64,000 nt of DNA, from contig JBKBRF010000003.1 of the NCBI GenBank assembly GCA_046292385.1, positions 210,231 through 274,230 on the forward strand. Direction: 5' to 3'. The translations under genes were made by a program, and so were the position numbers. A model generated the notes under the pieces. It was not told the DNA's origin and ran no database searches. It was given only the letters and a program-made list of their open reading frames with translations. The stretch comes from Armatimonadota bacterium (GTDB lineage Bacteria > Armatimonadota > SYMT01). Below, piece by piece: positions 31,621 to 41,689 of this stretch (position 1 is the first letter of the stretch; the number at the start of each line of letters is the position of its first letter).

Positions 31621-32451
31621 ATGGCAATTCGACAATACAAACCGACTTCGGCCGGTCGCCGCTTCGGCAGCGTCACGATCCGGACGGAGATCTCCAAGAA
31701 GGAGCCGGAAAAGTCGCTGACGCGGCCGCTGAAGAGCAGCGGCGGGCGGAACCACAGCGGCCGGACGACGGCCCGGTTCCGGGGCGGCGGCAACAAGCGG
31801 CAGTACCGCGTGATCGACTTCAAGCGGGACAAGGACGGCATCCCCGGCCGCGTCGTGGCGCTGGAGTACGATCCGAACCGCTCCGCGAACATCGCGCTCA
31901 TCGTCTACAAGGACGGCGAGAAGCGCTACATCCTGGCGCCGGAGAAGCTGACGGTCGGCACGGAGATCCTCTCCGGCGAGACCGCGGACATCAAGGTCGG
32001 GAACGCGCTCAAGCTGCGGAACATTCCCGTCGGTACGCAGATCCACGCGGTGGAGCTGCAGCCCGGCCGCGGCGCTCAGATGGTGCGCAGCGCCGGTACC
32101 GGCGCCCAGCTGATGGCGAAGGAAGGCAAGTACGCGCTGGTGCGGCTTCCCAGCGGGGAGACCCGCATGGTGCTGCTCGAGTGCCGCGCCACCATCGGCG
32201 TGGTCGGCAACTCGGACCACGAGAACGTCTCCCTCGGCAAGGCGGGGCGCAAGCGCGCCAAGGGGAAGCGGCCGCACGTCCGCGGCGTCACGATGAACCC
32301 GCGCGACCATCCGCACGGTGGTGGCGAGGGCAAGGCGCCGGTGGGCCGCTCCGGCCCGATGACCCCCTGGGGCAAGCCGACGCTGGGCTACAAGACCCGC
32401 CGCAACAAGGCGACCAGCAAGTTCATTGTTAAGAAGCGCGGTCGGCGCTAA
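31621..32451 (+). CDS. rplB: 50S ribosomal protein L2
   Basis: [25 protein letters not shown]. Confidence 0.99.
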   Translation: MAIRQYKPTSAGRRFGSVTIRTEISKKEPEKSLTRPLKSSGGRNHSGRTTARFRGGGNKRQYRVIDFKRDKDGIPGRVVALEYDPNRSANIALIVYKDGEKRYILAPEKLTVGTEILSGETADIKVGNALKLRNIPVGTQIHAVELQPGRGAQMVRSAGTGAQLMAKEGKYALVRLPSGETRMVLLECRATIGVVGNSDHENVSLGKAGRKRAKGKRPHVRGVTMNPRDHPHGGGEGKAPVGRSGPMTPWGKPTLGYKTRRNKATSKFIVKKRGRR

Positions 32452-32472
32452 GCCGGCTCGAGAGGTTGGGCT

Positions 32473-32757
32473 ATGGGAAGATCGTTGAAGAAGGGGCCGT
32501 ACGCCGACCCCAAGCTGCTCGAGAAGATCGACCAGATGAATGACCGGGGCGAAAAGCGGATCATCAAGACCTGGTCCCGCCGTTCGACGATCTTCCCGAG
32601 CTTCATCGGACACACCATCGCGGTCCACAACGGCCGCACGCATGTGCCGATCTTCATTACCGAGAACATGGTGGGGCACAAGCTGGGCGAGTTCGCGCTG
32701 ACGCGGACGTTCAAGGGCCACGCCGGTTCCAAGGAGCGTTCCAGCGGCCTGCGCTAA
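32473..32757 (+). CDS. rpsS: 30S ribosomal protein S19
   Basis: RSLKKGP, TWSRRS, GHKLGEF. Confidence 0.99.
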   Translation: MGRSLKKGPYADPKLLEKIDQMNDRGEKRIIKTWSRRSTIFPSFIGHTIAVHNGRTHVPIFITENMVGHKLGEFALTRTFKGHAGSKERSSGLR

Positions 32758-32811
32758 CGCGCGGAGCAGCTCGGCAGCGTGCCTCGAAGCCAAGAATTCG
32801 GAGCGAGCAAG

Positions 32812-33423
32812 ATGGGTGAGTATTTGGCGGGTCCCGGCGTGCGGAAGATCATTCGCAGCGGGACCAACAAAGCGCCGTTCGGACGCGTGATGGTGCAGAA
32901 GTCCGGCCCCATGGCCGTGGTGAACGTCCACACGGTGAAGCCGGACACATTCGAGAGCCGGCGCACGGCGGATCTGGTGCCGGAGCTGGAGCGGGTGCTC
33001 AACCGGTCGGTCACCGTTGAGGTGACTCCGGAGGCCAGCGCCGCGCACAAGTTCGTGCGGGTGCCGCCGCTCAAGGCGCGCCGCGTGATGAACGAGATCC
33101 GCGGCAAGCACGTGGACGAGGCGCTGGCGATTCTGAAGTTCGTGCCGAACCGCGCGGCCCGCTACGTGGAAAAGCTGATCAAGTCCGCGGCGGCCAACGC
33201 CTTCGAGGGCTGGGGCGCCGAGCCGCACGAGCTGAAGGTGACGGTGCTGCACGCAGACGGCGGGCCGACGATGAAGCGCATCCAGCCGCGGGCGATGGGC
33301 CGGGCCTACCGGATCCTGAAGCGGTCCGCCCACCTCTCGGTGGCGGTCACCGCCGCCGAGCCGCGGGCCCAGCGCTCTCGGGGCGGCCGCCAGCGCGGAC
33401 GCGCCCAGGTGACCCGAGCCTGA
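32812..33423 (+). CDS. rplV: 50S ribosomal protein L22 with N-terminal S3-like KH extension
   Basis: L22 core from ~33030 (KARRV, SAAANA, RAMGRA); in-frame upstream ~70 aa with GGAG RBS 8 nt before ATG 32812 (frame also open from GTG 32779). Confidence 0.9.
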   Translation: MGEYLAGPGVRKIIRSGTNKAPFGRVMVQKSGPMAVVNVHTVKPDTFESRRTADLVPELERVLNRSVTVEVTPEASAAHKFVRVPPLKARRVMNEIRGKHVDEALAILKFVPNRAARYVEKLIKSAAANAFEGWGAEPHELKVTVLHADGGPTMKRIQPRAMGRAYRILKRSAHLSVAVTAAEPRAQRSRGGRQRGRAQVTRA

Positions 33424-33441
33424 GACGGCGGAGAGTAGACT

Positions 33442-34281
33442 ATGGGACAGAAAGTACATCCGATCGGCTTCCGGCTCGGCATCATCCGAGACTGGGAGAG
33501 CAACTGGTACGCGGACAAGGACTACGCCGCGCGCCTTTATGAGGACTACCAGCTCCGCCAGTTCATCCGCAAGGAGCAGCCGAACGCGGCGATCTCCCGC
33601 GTGACGATCGACCGCCAGGCGGACAAGCTGCGCGTGACGGTGCACACCGGCAAGCCCGGCGTGATCATCGGCCGCGGCGGCCGCGGCGTCGACGACATGA
33701 AGGCGCGGCTGGAGCACAAGTTCGGCAAGCAGGTGAACCTGGTGGTCCAGGAGATCCGGCAGCCGGACCTGGACGCCCAGCTCGTGGCGGAGTCGATCGC
33801 GCAGCAGATCGAGAAGCGCGTCTCCGCCAAGCGGGCGGTGCGGCAGGCGATCCAGCGCAGCGTGCGCTCCGGCGCCAAGGGGATCAAGGTCCTCGTCTCC
33901 GGCCGCCTCGGCGGCTCGGAAATGGCGCGGAAGGACGGGGACAAGACGGGCAAGATCCCGCTCCACACCCTCCGCGCGGACGTGGACTACGGCTTCGCCG
34001 AAGCCGGCACGCAGTACGGAAACATCGGCTGCAAGGTGTGGATCTACCGCGGTGAGATCCTGCCAGACCAGCGCCGGGAGATGAAGGAGCGCGTCTCTCC
34101 GGAGCCGTTCATGCCCCGCGCCCCGCGCCGGGCGGAAGATCGGGACCGGGAGCGCGCGCAGCGGCGCGGCGGCCCCGGCGGTGATCGCGGCCCTGGCGGC
34201 GGCGGTCGCGGCGGGTCCCGCGGCGGACGCGGTGGCGGTGGCGGCGGCCGGAGCGGCGGCGGCGAGCGCGGACGAGGGTAG
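33442..34281 (+). CDS. rpsC: 30S ribosomal protein S3 (Gly/Arg-rich C-terminal tail)
   Basis: MGQKVHPIGFRLG, PGVIIGRGG, PLHTLRA. Confidence 0.99.
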   Translation: MGQKVHPIGFRLGIIRDWESNWYADKDYAARLYEDYQLRQFIRKEQPNAAISRVTIDRQADKLRVTVHTGKPGVIIGRGGRGVDDMKARLEHKFGKQVNLVVQEIRQPDLDAQLVAESIAQQIEKRVSAKRAVRQAIQRSVRSGAKGIKVLVSGRLGGSEMARKDGDKTGKIPLHTLRADVDYGFAEAGTQYGNIGCKVWIYRGEILPDQRREMKERVSPEPFMPRAPRRAEDRDRERAQRRGGPGGDRGPGGGGRGGSRGGRGGGGGGRSGGGERGRG

Positions 34282-34287
34282 AACGAG

Positions 34288-34743
34288 ATGCTGGCCCCGA
34301 AGAGAGTCAAGCACCGCAGGGTGCATCGAGGATCGATGGCCGGCCGGGCCAAGGGCGGCACCGAAATCCATTTCGGTGAGTACGCGCTCAAGGCGATGGG
34401 CCGGTGCTGGCTGACCAGCCAGCAGATCGAAGCGGCGCGTATCGCCATGACCCGCCACATCCGGCGCGGTGGAAAGATCTGGATCCGGGTGTTCCCGGAC
34501 AAGTCCTACACCAAGAAGCCCGCCGAGACCCGCATGGGCTCCGGTAAGGGCGCGCCCGAGGGCTGGGTCGCCGTGGTGAAGCCGGGCCGCATCCTGTTCG
34601 AGATGTCCGGCGTGGCGGAGCCGCTGGCGCGCGAAGCGATGCGACGCGCCGCCCACAAGCTCCCGGTGGAGGTCAAGTTCCTCGTGAAGGGACAAGTCGA
34701 GACCGAGGCCGAGCCGGAGACGGAAGCCGAGGCAACGGAATGA
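34288..34743 (+). CDS. rplP: 50S ribosomal protein L16
   Basis: [19 protein letters not shown]. Confidence 0.99.
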   Translation: MLAPKRVKHRRVHRGSMAGRAKGGTEIHFGEYALKAMGRCWLTSQQIEAARIAMTRHIRRGGKIWIRVFPDKSYTKKPAETRMGSGKGAPEGWVAVVKPGRILFEMSGVAEPLAREAMRRAAHKLPVEVKFLVKGQVETEAEPETEAEATE

Positions 34744-34955
34744 GCCGAGCAGAAGAGCGAGAGCGACTGGGCGGACTCAGCGTGGTGGAGCTCCAGCAGG
34801 AGCTGAAGCAGGCGCGCGAGGAGCTGTTCCAGAATCGCGTGCGGTACGCCACGCGCGCCCTGGACAACCCGGAGCCGCTGCGCAAGGGCCGCAAGAAGAT
34901 CGCCCGGATTCTCACGTACATCCGGCAGCGCGAGCTCGCGGAGCAGCAGCTCTAG
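34740..34955 (+). CDS. rpmC: 50S ribosomal protein L29
   Basis: ELFQNR...RKKIARILT; operon position. Confidence 0.93.
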   Translation: MSRAEERERLGGLSVVELQQELKQAREELFQNRVRYATRALDNPEPLRKGRKKIARILTYIRQRELAEQQL

Positions 34956-34988
34956 GCGCCTGCGGGCGAGCCACAGCGGGAGAGAGAA

Positions 34989-35270
34989 GTGGAAGCACAG
35001 GACACCCAGAACCAGCAGGCCCGCGGGCGGCGCAAGGTGCGCCAGGGACGCGTGGTCAGCGACAAGATGGACAAGACGGTGGTGGTGGCGGTGGAGTCGC
35101 GCGTGCGGCACCCGCTCTACGGCCGGATCGTGCGCCGCACCAAGCGGTACAAGGCGCATGACGAGACGAACCAGTATCACGTGGGCGACATGGTCGAGAT
35201 CACGGAGTGCCGCCCGCTGAGCCGGGACAAGACCTGGCGGGTGTCCCGGCTGATCGAAAAAGCACGGTAG
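34989..35270 (+). CDS. rpsQ: 30S ribosomal protein S17
   Basis: [20 protein letters not shown]. Confidence 0.98.
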   Translation: MEAQDTQNQQARGRRKVRQGRVVSDKMDKTVVVAVESRVRHPLYGRIVRRTKRYKAHDETNQYHVGDMVEITECRPLSRDKTWRVSRLIEKAR

Positions 35271-35395
35271 TCGCAGGGCCGTCTTCACTCCGGCCGGATG
35301 CATTTCGGGGGCGGCGCGCGCCAGTTCGCACGCCGCCCGCCTCAGTGCCCGGCCCGGAACCCGAGGGTGGGCTCATTTCTTGGACGAGGTAGGCA

Positions 35396-35761
35396 ATGGT
35401 ACGGCCTTATACGCGGCTTCGCGTCGCGGACAATTCCGGCGCGCGGGAGCTGCTCTGCATCCGCGTGCTGAAGGGCAACAGCCAGACGGCCGCCGTGGGA
35501 GACGTGATCGTCGCGGCCGTGAAGCTGGCGACGCCCGGAGCCCAGGTGAAGAAGGGCGACGTTGTGCGCGCCGTGGTGGTGCGCACGCACAACCCGATCC
35601 GCCGCCCGGACGGCTCGGTGCTGCGGTTCGACGATAACGCGGCCGTGGTGGTGCAGCCTTCCGGCGATCCGCGCGGCACCCGCATCTTCGGACCGGTGGC
35701 GCGCGAGCTGCGGGACAAGCAGTTCATGAAGATCATTTCGCTGGCGCCGGAGGTGCTCTGA
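35396..35761 (+). CDS. rplN: 50S ribosomal protein L14
   Basis: [26 protein letters not shown]. Confidence 0.99.
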   Translation: MVRPYTRLRVADNSGARELLCIRVLKGNSQTAAVGDVIVAAVKLATPGAQVKKGDVVRAVVVRTHNPIRRPDGSVLRFDDNAAVVVQPSGDPRGTRIFGPVARELRDKQFMKIISLAPEVL

Positions 35762-36135
35762 TGGGTCAGACTCGAAAGCGGCACGACGCCGGCGAGCTGA
35801 AGCCCCACGTGCGCAAGAACGACGAGGTGGTGGTGCTGGCCGGGCGCAGCCTGGGCGAGCGCGGCCGGGTGCTGAGCGTGGACCCGCAGCGGGAGCGCGC
35901 GGTGGTGGAAGGTGTCAACCTGATCACCAAGCACCAGAAGCCGACGCCGAACCGCCAGGGCGGGCAGACGCAGGGCGGGCGCATCGAGAAGCCGGCGCCG
36001 ATCCACGTGAGCAACCTCATGGTGGTCTGCCCCAGCTGCAGCAAGCCCACCCGCGTGGCGCACAAGGAGCAGGAAGGCAAGTCCGTGCGGGCTTGCAAGC
36101 ACTGCGGCTCCGCTCTGGAGCGGGCGAGCAAGTAA
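35761..36135 (+). CDS. rplX: 50S ribosomal protein L24 (with CxxC...CxxC)
   Basis: KOW motif, VEGVN, PIHVSN. Confidence 0.97.
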   Translation: MGQTRKRHDAGELKPHVRKNDEVVVLAGRSLGERGRVLSVDPQRERAVVEGVNLITKHQKPTPNRQGGQTQGGRIEKPAPIHVSNLMVVCPSCSKPTRVAHKEQEGKSVRACKHCGSALERASK

Positions 36136-36198
36136 GGCCGGCCGCCGGCGGCCCGGGGATCCCGGACGCGGCGGCCCGGATCGGACGGAGTGAGGAAA

Positions 36199-36759
36199 AT
36201 GCCTCGACTGAAGGATCGGTACCGGAACGAGATCGTCCCGGCGCTGATGAAAGAGTTCAACTATAGCAACGTCATGCAGGTGCCCCGCCTGGAGAAGGTG
36301 GTCATCAACATGGGCGTCGGCACCGCCGTGGCGGACCCGAAGACCCTGGACGGCGCCGTGCGGGACCTCTCGCTGATCAGCGGCCAGAAGCCGGTGGTGA
36401 CGCGCGCCAAGAAGTCGATCGCGGCGTTCAAGATCCGCGAGGGCATGCGGATCGGCGCCAAGGTGACGCTGCGCGGCGACCGGATGTGGTACTTCCTGGA
36501 CAAGCTGTTCAACGTGGTGATGCCGCGGATCCGCGACTTCGGCGGGATCAACCAGAACGCCTTCGACGGCCACGGCAACTTCGCCACCGGCCTGAAGGAG
36601 CAGTTGGTCTTCCCGGAAATCCAGTATGATCAGATTGACCGGATCCGCGGGATGGACATCGTGATTGGCACCAGCGCCAAAACCGATCAGGAAGCGCGGG
36701 CCCTGCTGAAGGCGCTCGGACTTCCGTTCCGTGGAGAGGGTGGGCGGCGCCAGGAGTAA
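36199..36759 (+). CDS. rplE: 50S ribosomal protein L5
   Basis: KVVINMG, FKIREG, PRIRDF, VFPEI. Confidence 0.98.
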   Translation: MPRLKDRYRNEIVPALMKEFNYSNVMQVPRLEKVVINMGVGTAVADPKTLDGAVRDLSLISGQKPVVTRAKKSIAAFKIREGMRIGAKVTLRGDRMWYFLDKLFNVVMPRIRDFGGINQNAFDGHGNFATGLKEQLVFPEIQYDQIDRIRGMDIVIGTSAKTDQEARALLKALGLPFRGEGGRRQE

Positions 36760-36841
36760 GTCGCCTCCCCTCTTCGGGGACCCCATAACCGCACTTCGCT
36801 ACCGGTCCTGACATCGAAGACGCTGTTCAGGGAGGCCCAAG

Positions 36842-38872
36842 TTGAAGCGCTATAGTGGCGAGCAGTTGAGGAACATCGTTCTGGCGGGACACCAGGGGAC
36901 CGGTAAGACCTCCCTGGTGGAAGCCTTGCTCTTCGATACCGGGGCGATCGACCGCCTCGGCCGGGTGGAAGACGGCAACGCGAAGACCGACTTCGACCCG
37001 GAAGAAGTGCGCCGGAACATCAGCATCAACCTCGCCCTGGCGCCGGTGGAGTGGCGGGAGCATAAGATCAACTTGCTCGATGCTCCCGGCTACCTCGACT
37101 TCGTGGGCGAAGTGAGCAGCGGAATGCGGGTGGCCGACGCGGCCGTGCTGCTGGTGTCGGCGCCCTCCGGGGTAGAAGTGGGGACGGAGATCGCGTGGGA
37201 TCTGGCGACGGACCGCAAGCTTCCCAAGTTCATCTTCGTCAATAAGATGGACCGCGAGAACGCGGACTTCGGGCGGGTGATGGAGTCGATCCGCAGCACC
37301 TTCGGCGGCCGCTGCGTGCCGATCCAGGTGCCGATCGGCCAGGAGCGCAGCTTCAGCGGCGTCGTCGACATCCTTCGCCAGGTGGCGTTCGTCGGGAGCG
37401 GGCAGGACGTGAAGCAGGGGGAGATCCCCGCAAGCTGCCAGCCGCTGGTGGATGAGTGGCGCGAGTGCCTGATGGAGTGCGCGGCGGAAGCCGACGACGA
37501 GCTGCTGGAGAAGTACCTGGGCGGCGAGCCGCTTTCGGATGAGGAGCTGTCGCGCGGACTGGTGGCGGCGGTAAGGGCCGGCGGGACGATCCCGGTGCTC
37601 TTCGGGAGCGCGACGGCGAACATCGGCGTGCAGCCGCTGCTCGACGCGATCGTGGAGATGGCGCCGGCTCCGGAAGAGGCGGGCGTGGAGGCAGGCCCGG
37701 TGGAGGCGCTGGTCTTCAAGACGATCAGCGATCCGTACGTCGGGAAGCTGAGCTATTACCGGGTCTACTCCGGCACGCTGCACGGCGGGGCCGACCTGCA
37801 CAACGCGAGCCGCCATCACGACGAGCGGCTGGGGCAGCTGCTGGTGCTGCGCGGAAAGCAGCAGGAAGTGGTACAGGAGATCCCGGCGGGGGACATCGGC
37901 GCGGTGGCCAAGCTGGCGCATACCGGCACCGGCGACACCCTGGCGGAAAAGGGGCGGCACGAGAGCCTGCCCGGAATCGACTTTCCGCAGCCGGCCTACA
38001 GCCGGGCGATCGTGGCCCTCAGCAAGGCCGACGAAGACAAAATGGGCCCCGCGCTGGCGAGGCTGGCGGACGAGGATCCGACGTTCCACTTCGAGCGCGA
38101 TCCCGAGACCGGGCAGACGGTGATCTCCGGACAGGGCGACACGCACCTGAACGTGGTGATCGAGCGGCTCAAGCGGTTCGGGGCCAACGTGCGGGACGAG
38201 GAGGTCCGGATCCCGTACCGGGAGACGATCCAGAGCACCGCGCGGGTGCAGGGTCGACACAAGAAGCAGACCGGCGGCCGCGGCCAGTTCGGAGACTGCT
38301 GGGTCAAGTTTGAGCCGCTCCCGCGCGGAAGCGGCTATGAGTTTATAGATGCCATCGTAGGCGGCGCCATTCCCCGGCAGTATATTCCGGCCGTGGATAA
38401 GGGGCTGCAAGAAGCGATGGAACATGGTATTCTTGGCGGGTTCAAAGTTGTGGACGTCCGGGCCACCTGTGATGATGGCTCCTACCATGACGTGGACTCG
38501 AGCGAGATGGCGTTCAGACAGGCGGCTCACCTGGCGTTCCGGGCGGGCATGGAGAAGGCTCACCCGGTGCTGTTGGAGCCGCTGCTGAACGTGGAGATCG
38601 TCGTCCCCGAACAGTTTATGGGCGACGTGATCAGTGACATGAACACCAAGCGCGGGCGCATCCTCGGGATGGAGCCGGCCGGAAACGGCCGGCAGAGCAT
38701 CCGGGCCACGGCGCCGCAGGCAGAGCTTCTGGGCTACGCGATCGACCTCCGCTCCATTGCGCGGGGTCGAGGACGGTTCACCACGGAGTTCAGCCATTAC
38801 GAAGAAGTGCCCGCGCACGTCGCCCAACAGGTAGTCGAGAAGGCTAAGAAGGAACGCGAAGAGCATGGCTAA
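36842..38872 (+). CDS. Elongation factor G-like paralogue (EF-G2 type)
   Basis: [47 protein letters not shown] start with GGAGG RBS. Confidence 0.93.
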   Translation: MKRYSGEQLRNIVLAGHQGTGKTSLVEALLFDTGAIDRLGRVEDGNAKTDFDPEEVRRNISINLALAPVEWREHKINLLDAPGYLDFVGEVSSGMRVADAAVLLVSAPSGVEVGTEIAWDLATDRKLPKFIFVNKMDRENADFGRVMESIRSTFGGRCVPIQVPIGQERSFSGVVDILRQVAFVGSGQDVKQGEIPASCQPLVDEWRECLMECAAEADDELLEKYLGGEPLSDEELSRGLVAAVRAGGTIPVLFGSATANIGVQPLLDAIVEMAPAPEEAGVEAGPVEALVFKTISDPYVGKLSYYRVYSGTLHGGADLHNASRHHDERLGQLLVLRGKQQEVVQEIPAGDIGAVAKLAHTGTGDTLAEKGRHESLPGIDFPQPAYSRAIVALSKADEDKMGPALARLADEDPTFHFERDPETGQTVISGQGDTHLNVVIERLKRFGANVRDEEVRIPYRETIQSTARVQGRHKKQTGGRGQFGDCWVKFEPLPRGSGYEFIDAIVGGAIPRQYIPAVDKGLQEAMEHGILGGFKVVDVRATCDDGSYHDVDSSEMAFRQAAHLAFRAGMEKAHPVLLEPLLNVEIVVPEQFMGDVISDMNTKRGRILGMEPAGNGRQSIRATAPQAELLGYAIDLRSIARGRGRFTTEFSHYEEVPAHVAQQVVEKAKKEREEHG

Positions 38873-39050
38873 GCAAGCCCTCATCGTGAAGGCCAGGCGG
38901 CCCGCGAAGTTCAAGGTGCGCCAGTACAACCGGTGCAATGTCTGCGGCCGCTCGCGGGGTTACTTCCGCAAGTTCGGCCTTTGTCGGATTTGTCTGCGCG
39001 AGATGGCGCTGCGCGGGCTCGTGCCCGGCGTGACGAAGAGTAGCTGGTAA
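38865..39050 (+). CDS. rpsN: 30S ribosomal protein S14, Zn-binding type
   Basis: CNVCGR...[12 protein letters not shown]. Confidence 0.98.
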   Translation: MAKQALIVKARRPAKFKVRQYNRCNVCGRSRGYFRKFGLCRICLREMALRGLVPGVTKSSW

Positions 39051-39063
39051 GGGGTCTCAACTC

Positions 39064-39465
39064 ATGAGTGCGATCACCGATCCTGTGGCGGACCTCCTCA
39101 CCCGTATTCGCAATGCGTCGCGGGCCGGTCACGAGCAGGTGGAGATTCCGGGCTCCCGGCTGAAGCTGGAGATCGTCCGGATCCTGGAAGAAGAGAAGTT
39201 CATCCGGGGGTATCAGTTCATCCAGGACGAGAAGCAGGGCATCCTGCGGGTCTTTCTGAAGTACGGCACCCGCCGGCAGCCCGTGCTGAACAACCTGAAG
39301 CGCGTCAGCAAGCCCGGTCTGCGGGTCTACGCTTCGGCTTCGGACGTACCCCGGGTGCAGAACGGCATGGGCGTGGCAATCCTGAGCACCAGCCGCGGCT
39401 TGCTGCCGGACCGCGAGTGCCGGCGGCTCCGCGTGGGCGGCGAAGTGCTCTGCTACGCGTGGTAA
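39064..39465 (+). CDS. rpsH: 30S ribosomal protein S8
   Basis: [28 protein letters not shown]. Confidence 0.99.
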   Translation: MSAITDPVADLLTRIRNASRAGHEQVEIPGSRLKLEIVRILEEEKFIRGYQFIQDEKQGILRVFLKYGTRRQPVLNNLKRVSKPGLRVYASASDVPRVQNGMGVAILSTSRGLLPDRECRRLRVGGEVLCYAW

Positions 39466-39568
39466 TCAGGTTCCCACCGCTCTGCGGGTCAGGTTCCAGG
39501 CTCTCCGGGCGCTAACCCGCCGGAGACCTGGAGCTTTCACCGTGGAGCCCGGGCCTTGGAGCAAGATT

Positions 39569-40132
39569 ATGTCTCGGATTGGTAAGCAGCCGATTACGCT
39601 GCCCTCCGGCGTGGAGGTCTCGCGTAATAACGGACACGTGGTAGTGAAGGGCCCGAAGGGGACTCTGGAGCGCCCGCTGCCGGCCGGCATCGACGTGCGC
39701 GTGGACGGGAACCAGCTCCTGGTGGAGCGGCCCAACGACGAGCAGCAGATGCGGGCGCTGCACGGGCTCACGCGCTCCCTGGTGGCCAACATGGTCAAGG
39801 GTGTGTCGGATGGCTACGAGAAGGTGCTCGACATCGTCGGCGTCGGTTTCCGCGCGGAGATGGTGGGCCAGGCCGTCCGGATGCAGGTGGGTTATTCGCA
39901 CCTGGTGGAGGTTCACCCCAAGCCCGGCATCACCTTCGAGGTGGGCCAGGAGACGAACAACCGCCAGTTCTTCCTGCGCATCAAGGGCATCGACAAGGAG
40001 CTGGTCGGCCAGCAGGCCGCCGAGGTACGCGGGTTGAAGAAGCCGGAGCCCTACAAGGGCAAGGGCATCCGCTACCGAGGTGAGGCCGTGCGCCGCAAGG
40101 CTGGTAAGACCGCCAAGGGCGGCAAGAAGTAG
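39569..40132 (+). CDS. rplF: 50S ribosomal protein L6
   Basis: [20 protein letters not shown]. Confidence 0.99.
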   Translation: MSRIGKQPITLPSGVEVSRNNGHVVVKGPKGTLERPLPAGIDVRVDGNQLLVERPNDEQQMRALHGLTRSLVANMVKGVSDGYEKVLDIVGVGFRAEMVGQAVRMQVGYSHLVEVHPKPGITFEVGQETNNRQFFLRIKGIDKELVGQQAAEVRGLKKPEPYKGKGIRYRGEAVRRKAGKTAKGGKK

Positions 40133-40143
40133 GATCAAGCAAG

Positions 40144-40503
40144 ATGCTACGGAAGCGTGCACTTCGTGAGCGGCGCCACCAGAGACTGCGCCGCAAGCTG
40201 AGCGGGACGACCGATCGGCCGCGACTCGCGGTCTATCGGAGCGAACATCACATCTACGCTCAGGTAATCGACGATACCCGCGGCCATACGGTCGCCGCGG
40301 CCTCCACCCTCGACCCCTCGCTGCGGTCCGAGCTGAAGTACGGCGGCAACGTCGAGGCGGCCAAGCGCGTGGGCGAGCTGGTAGCGAGCCGCGCCAAGGA
40401 AGCCGGGGTGGCGAAGGTGGTCTTCGACCGCGGCGGCGTGGCCTACCACGGTCGGGTGGCGGCGCTCGCCCAGGCGGCGCGCGAAGCGGGCCTGGAGTTT
40501 TAA
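40144..40503 (+). CDS. rplR: 50S ribosomal protein L18
   Basis: [23 protein letters not shown]. Confidence 0.98.
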   Translation: MLRKRALRERRHQRLRRKLSGTTDRPRLAVYRSEHHIYAQVIDDTRGHTVAAASTLDPSLRSELKYGGNVEAAKRVGELVASRAKEAGVAKVVFDRGGVAYHGRVAALAQAAREAGLEF

Positions 40504-40504
40504 G

Positions 40505-41065
40505 ATGCGACATATCGATCCCAACACCCTCGAGCTGGAAGAGAGGGTGGTGAAGACCAACAAGTGCCAGAAGACCCACAAGGGCGGCCGGACCATGAGC
40601 TGGAACGCCCTGGTGGTGGTGGGTGACGGCCGCGGCCACGTCGGCGCCGGCATGGGCAAGGCCCGTGGTATTCCGGACGCCATCCGCAAGGGCGTGGAAT
40701 CGGCGAAGAAGGTGATCATCGAAGTCCCGATGGACGGCACCACCATCCCGCACCCGGTCACCATCTCCTACGGCGCGTCGGTGGTGATGCTCAAGCCGGC
40801 CTCCCCCGGAACCGGGGTGGTAGCGGGCGGCTCCGTGCGCGCGGTGCTGGAAGCCGCCGGTATCCGGGACGTCCTGGCGAAGTCGCTCGGCTCCTCCAAC
40901 GCGATCAACTGCGCCTGGGCGACGATCAAGGCCCTGCGGGCCCTGCGGACGCCGGAAGAGGTGGCGGAGGCGCGCGGCGTCGACGTCTCCCGGCTCCCGG
41001 TGCGCCGGCAGGCGAAGGCGAAGGGCCTGGCAGAGGCCCTGGAGGCGAGCCATGCCGAAGGTTAA
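40505..41065 (+). CDS. rpsE: 30S ribosomal protein S5
   Basis: [21 protein letters not shown]. Confidence 0.98.
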   Translation: MRHIDPNTLELEERVVKTNKCQKTHKGGRTMSWNALVVVGDGRGHVGAGMGKARGIPDAIRKGVESAKKVIIEVPMDGTTIPHPVTISYGASVVMLKPASPGTGVVAGGSVRAVLEAAGIRDVLAKSLGSSNAINCAWATIKALRALRTPEEVAEARGVDVSRLPVRRQAKAKGLAEALEASHAEG

Positions 41066-41252
41066 GATCACCCTCGTGCGCAGCCCCATCGGGAGCCCGG
41101 AGCGCCAGCGCCGGACGGTGGAGGGGCTCGGCCTCGGCCGGGTCAACAGCAGCGTCATCCAGCCGGCGAACCTCCAGATCCTGGGGATGATTCGCAAGGT
41201 GGCGCATCTCGTCCATATTGAAGAAGTAGCCGAAGAAGCTGAAACGAGATGA
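41052..41252 (+). CDS. rpmD: 50S ribosomal protein L30
   Basis: [20 protein letters not shown]. Confidence 0.97.
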   Translation: MPKVKITLVRSPIGSPERQRRTVEGLGLGRVNSSVIQPANLQILGMIRKVAHLVHIEEVAEEAETR

Positions 41253-41689
41253 AACCGAGTGATCTGCGTCCGAATGTCGGCGCCAAGCACTCCCGCAAGC
41301 GGGTAGGCCGGGGCATCGGCAGCGGCATGGGCAAGACCGCGACCCGCGGTCACAAGGGTCAGTACGCGCGCAACGGCGTGCGCGCCGGCTTCGAGGGCGG
41401 CCAGACCCCCCTCCACCGGCGCCTGCCGCGCAAGCGCGGGTTCAACAACCAGTTTGCCAAGGAGTTCGCCATCATCAACCTGGATGATCTGGCGGTCTTC
41501 GAGGCCGGCACCGAGATCACTCCGGAGCTCCTGCTGGAGCGGCGCGTGATCCGGGAGTTGAAGGACGGGTTGAAGGTCCTGGGAGACGGCGAGCTGGGCC
41601 GCGCCCTCACGGTGCGCGCGCACAAGTTCAGCAAGTCCGCCCTCGACAAGATTGCCGCGAGCGGCGGCACGGCAGAGGTCATCGGCTAA
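41249..41689 (+). CDS. rplO: 50S ribosomal protein L15
   Basis: [19 protein letters not shown]. Confidence 0.98.
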   Translation: MKPSDLRPNVGAKHSRKRVGRGIGSGMGKTATRGHKGQYARNGVRAGFEGGQTPLHRRLPRKRGFNNQFAKEFAIINLDDLAVFEAGTEITPELLLERRVIRELKDGLKVLGDGELGRALTVRAHKFSKSALDKIAASGGTAEVIG

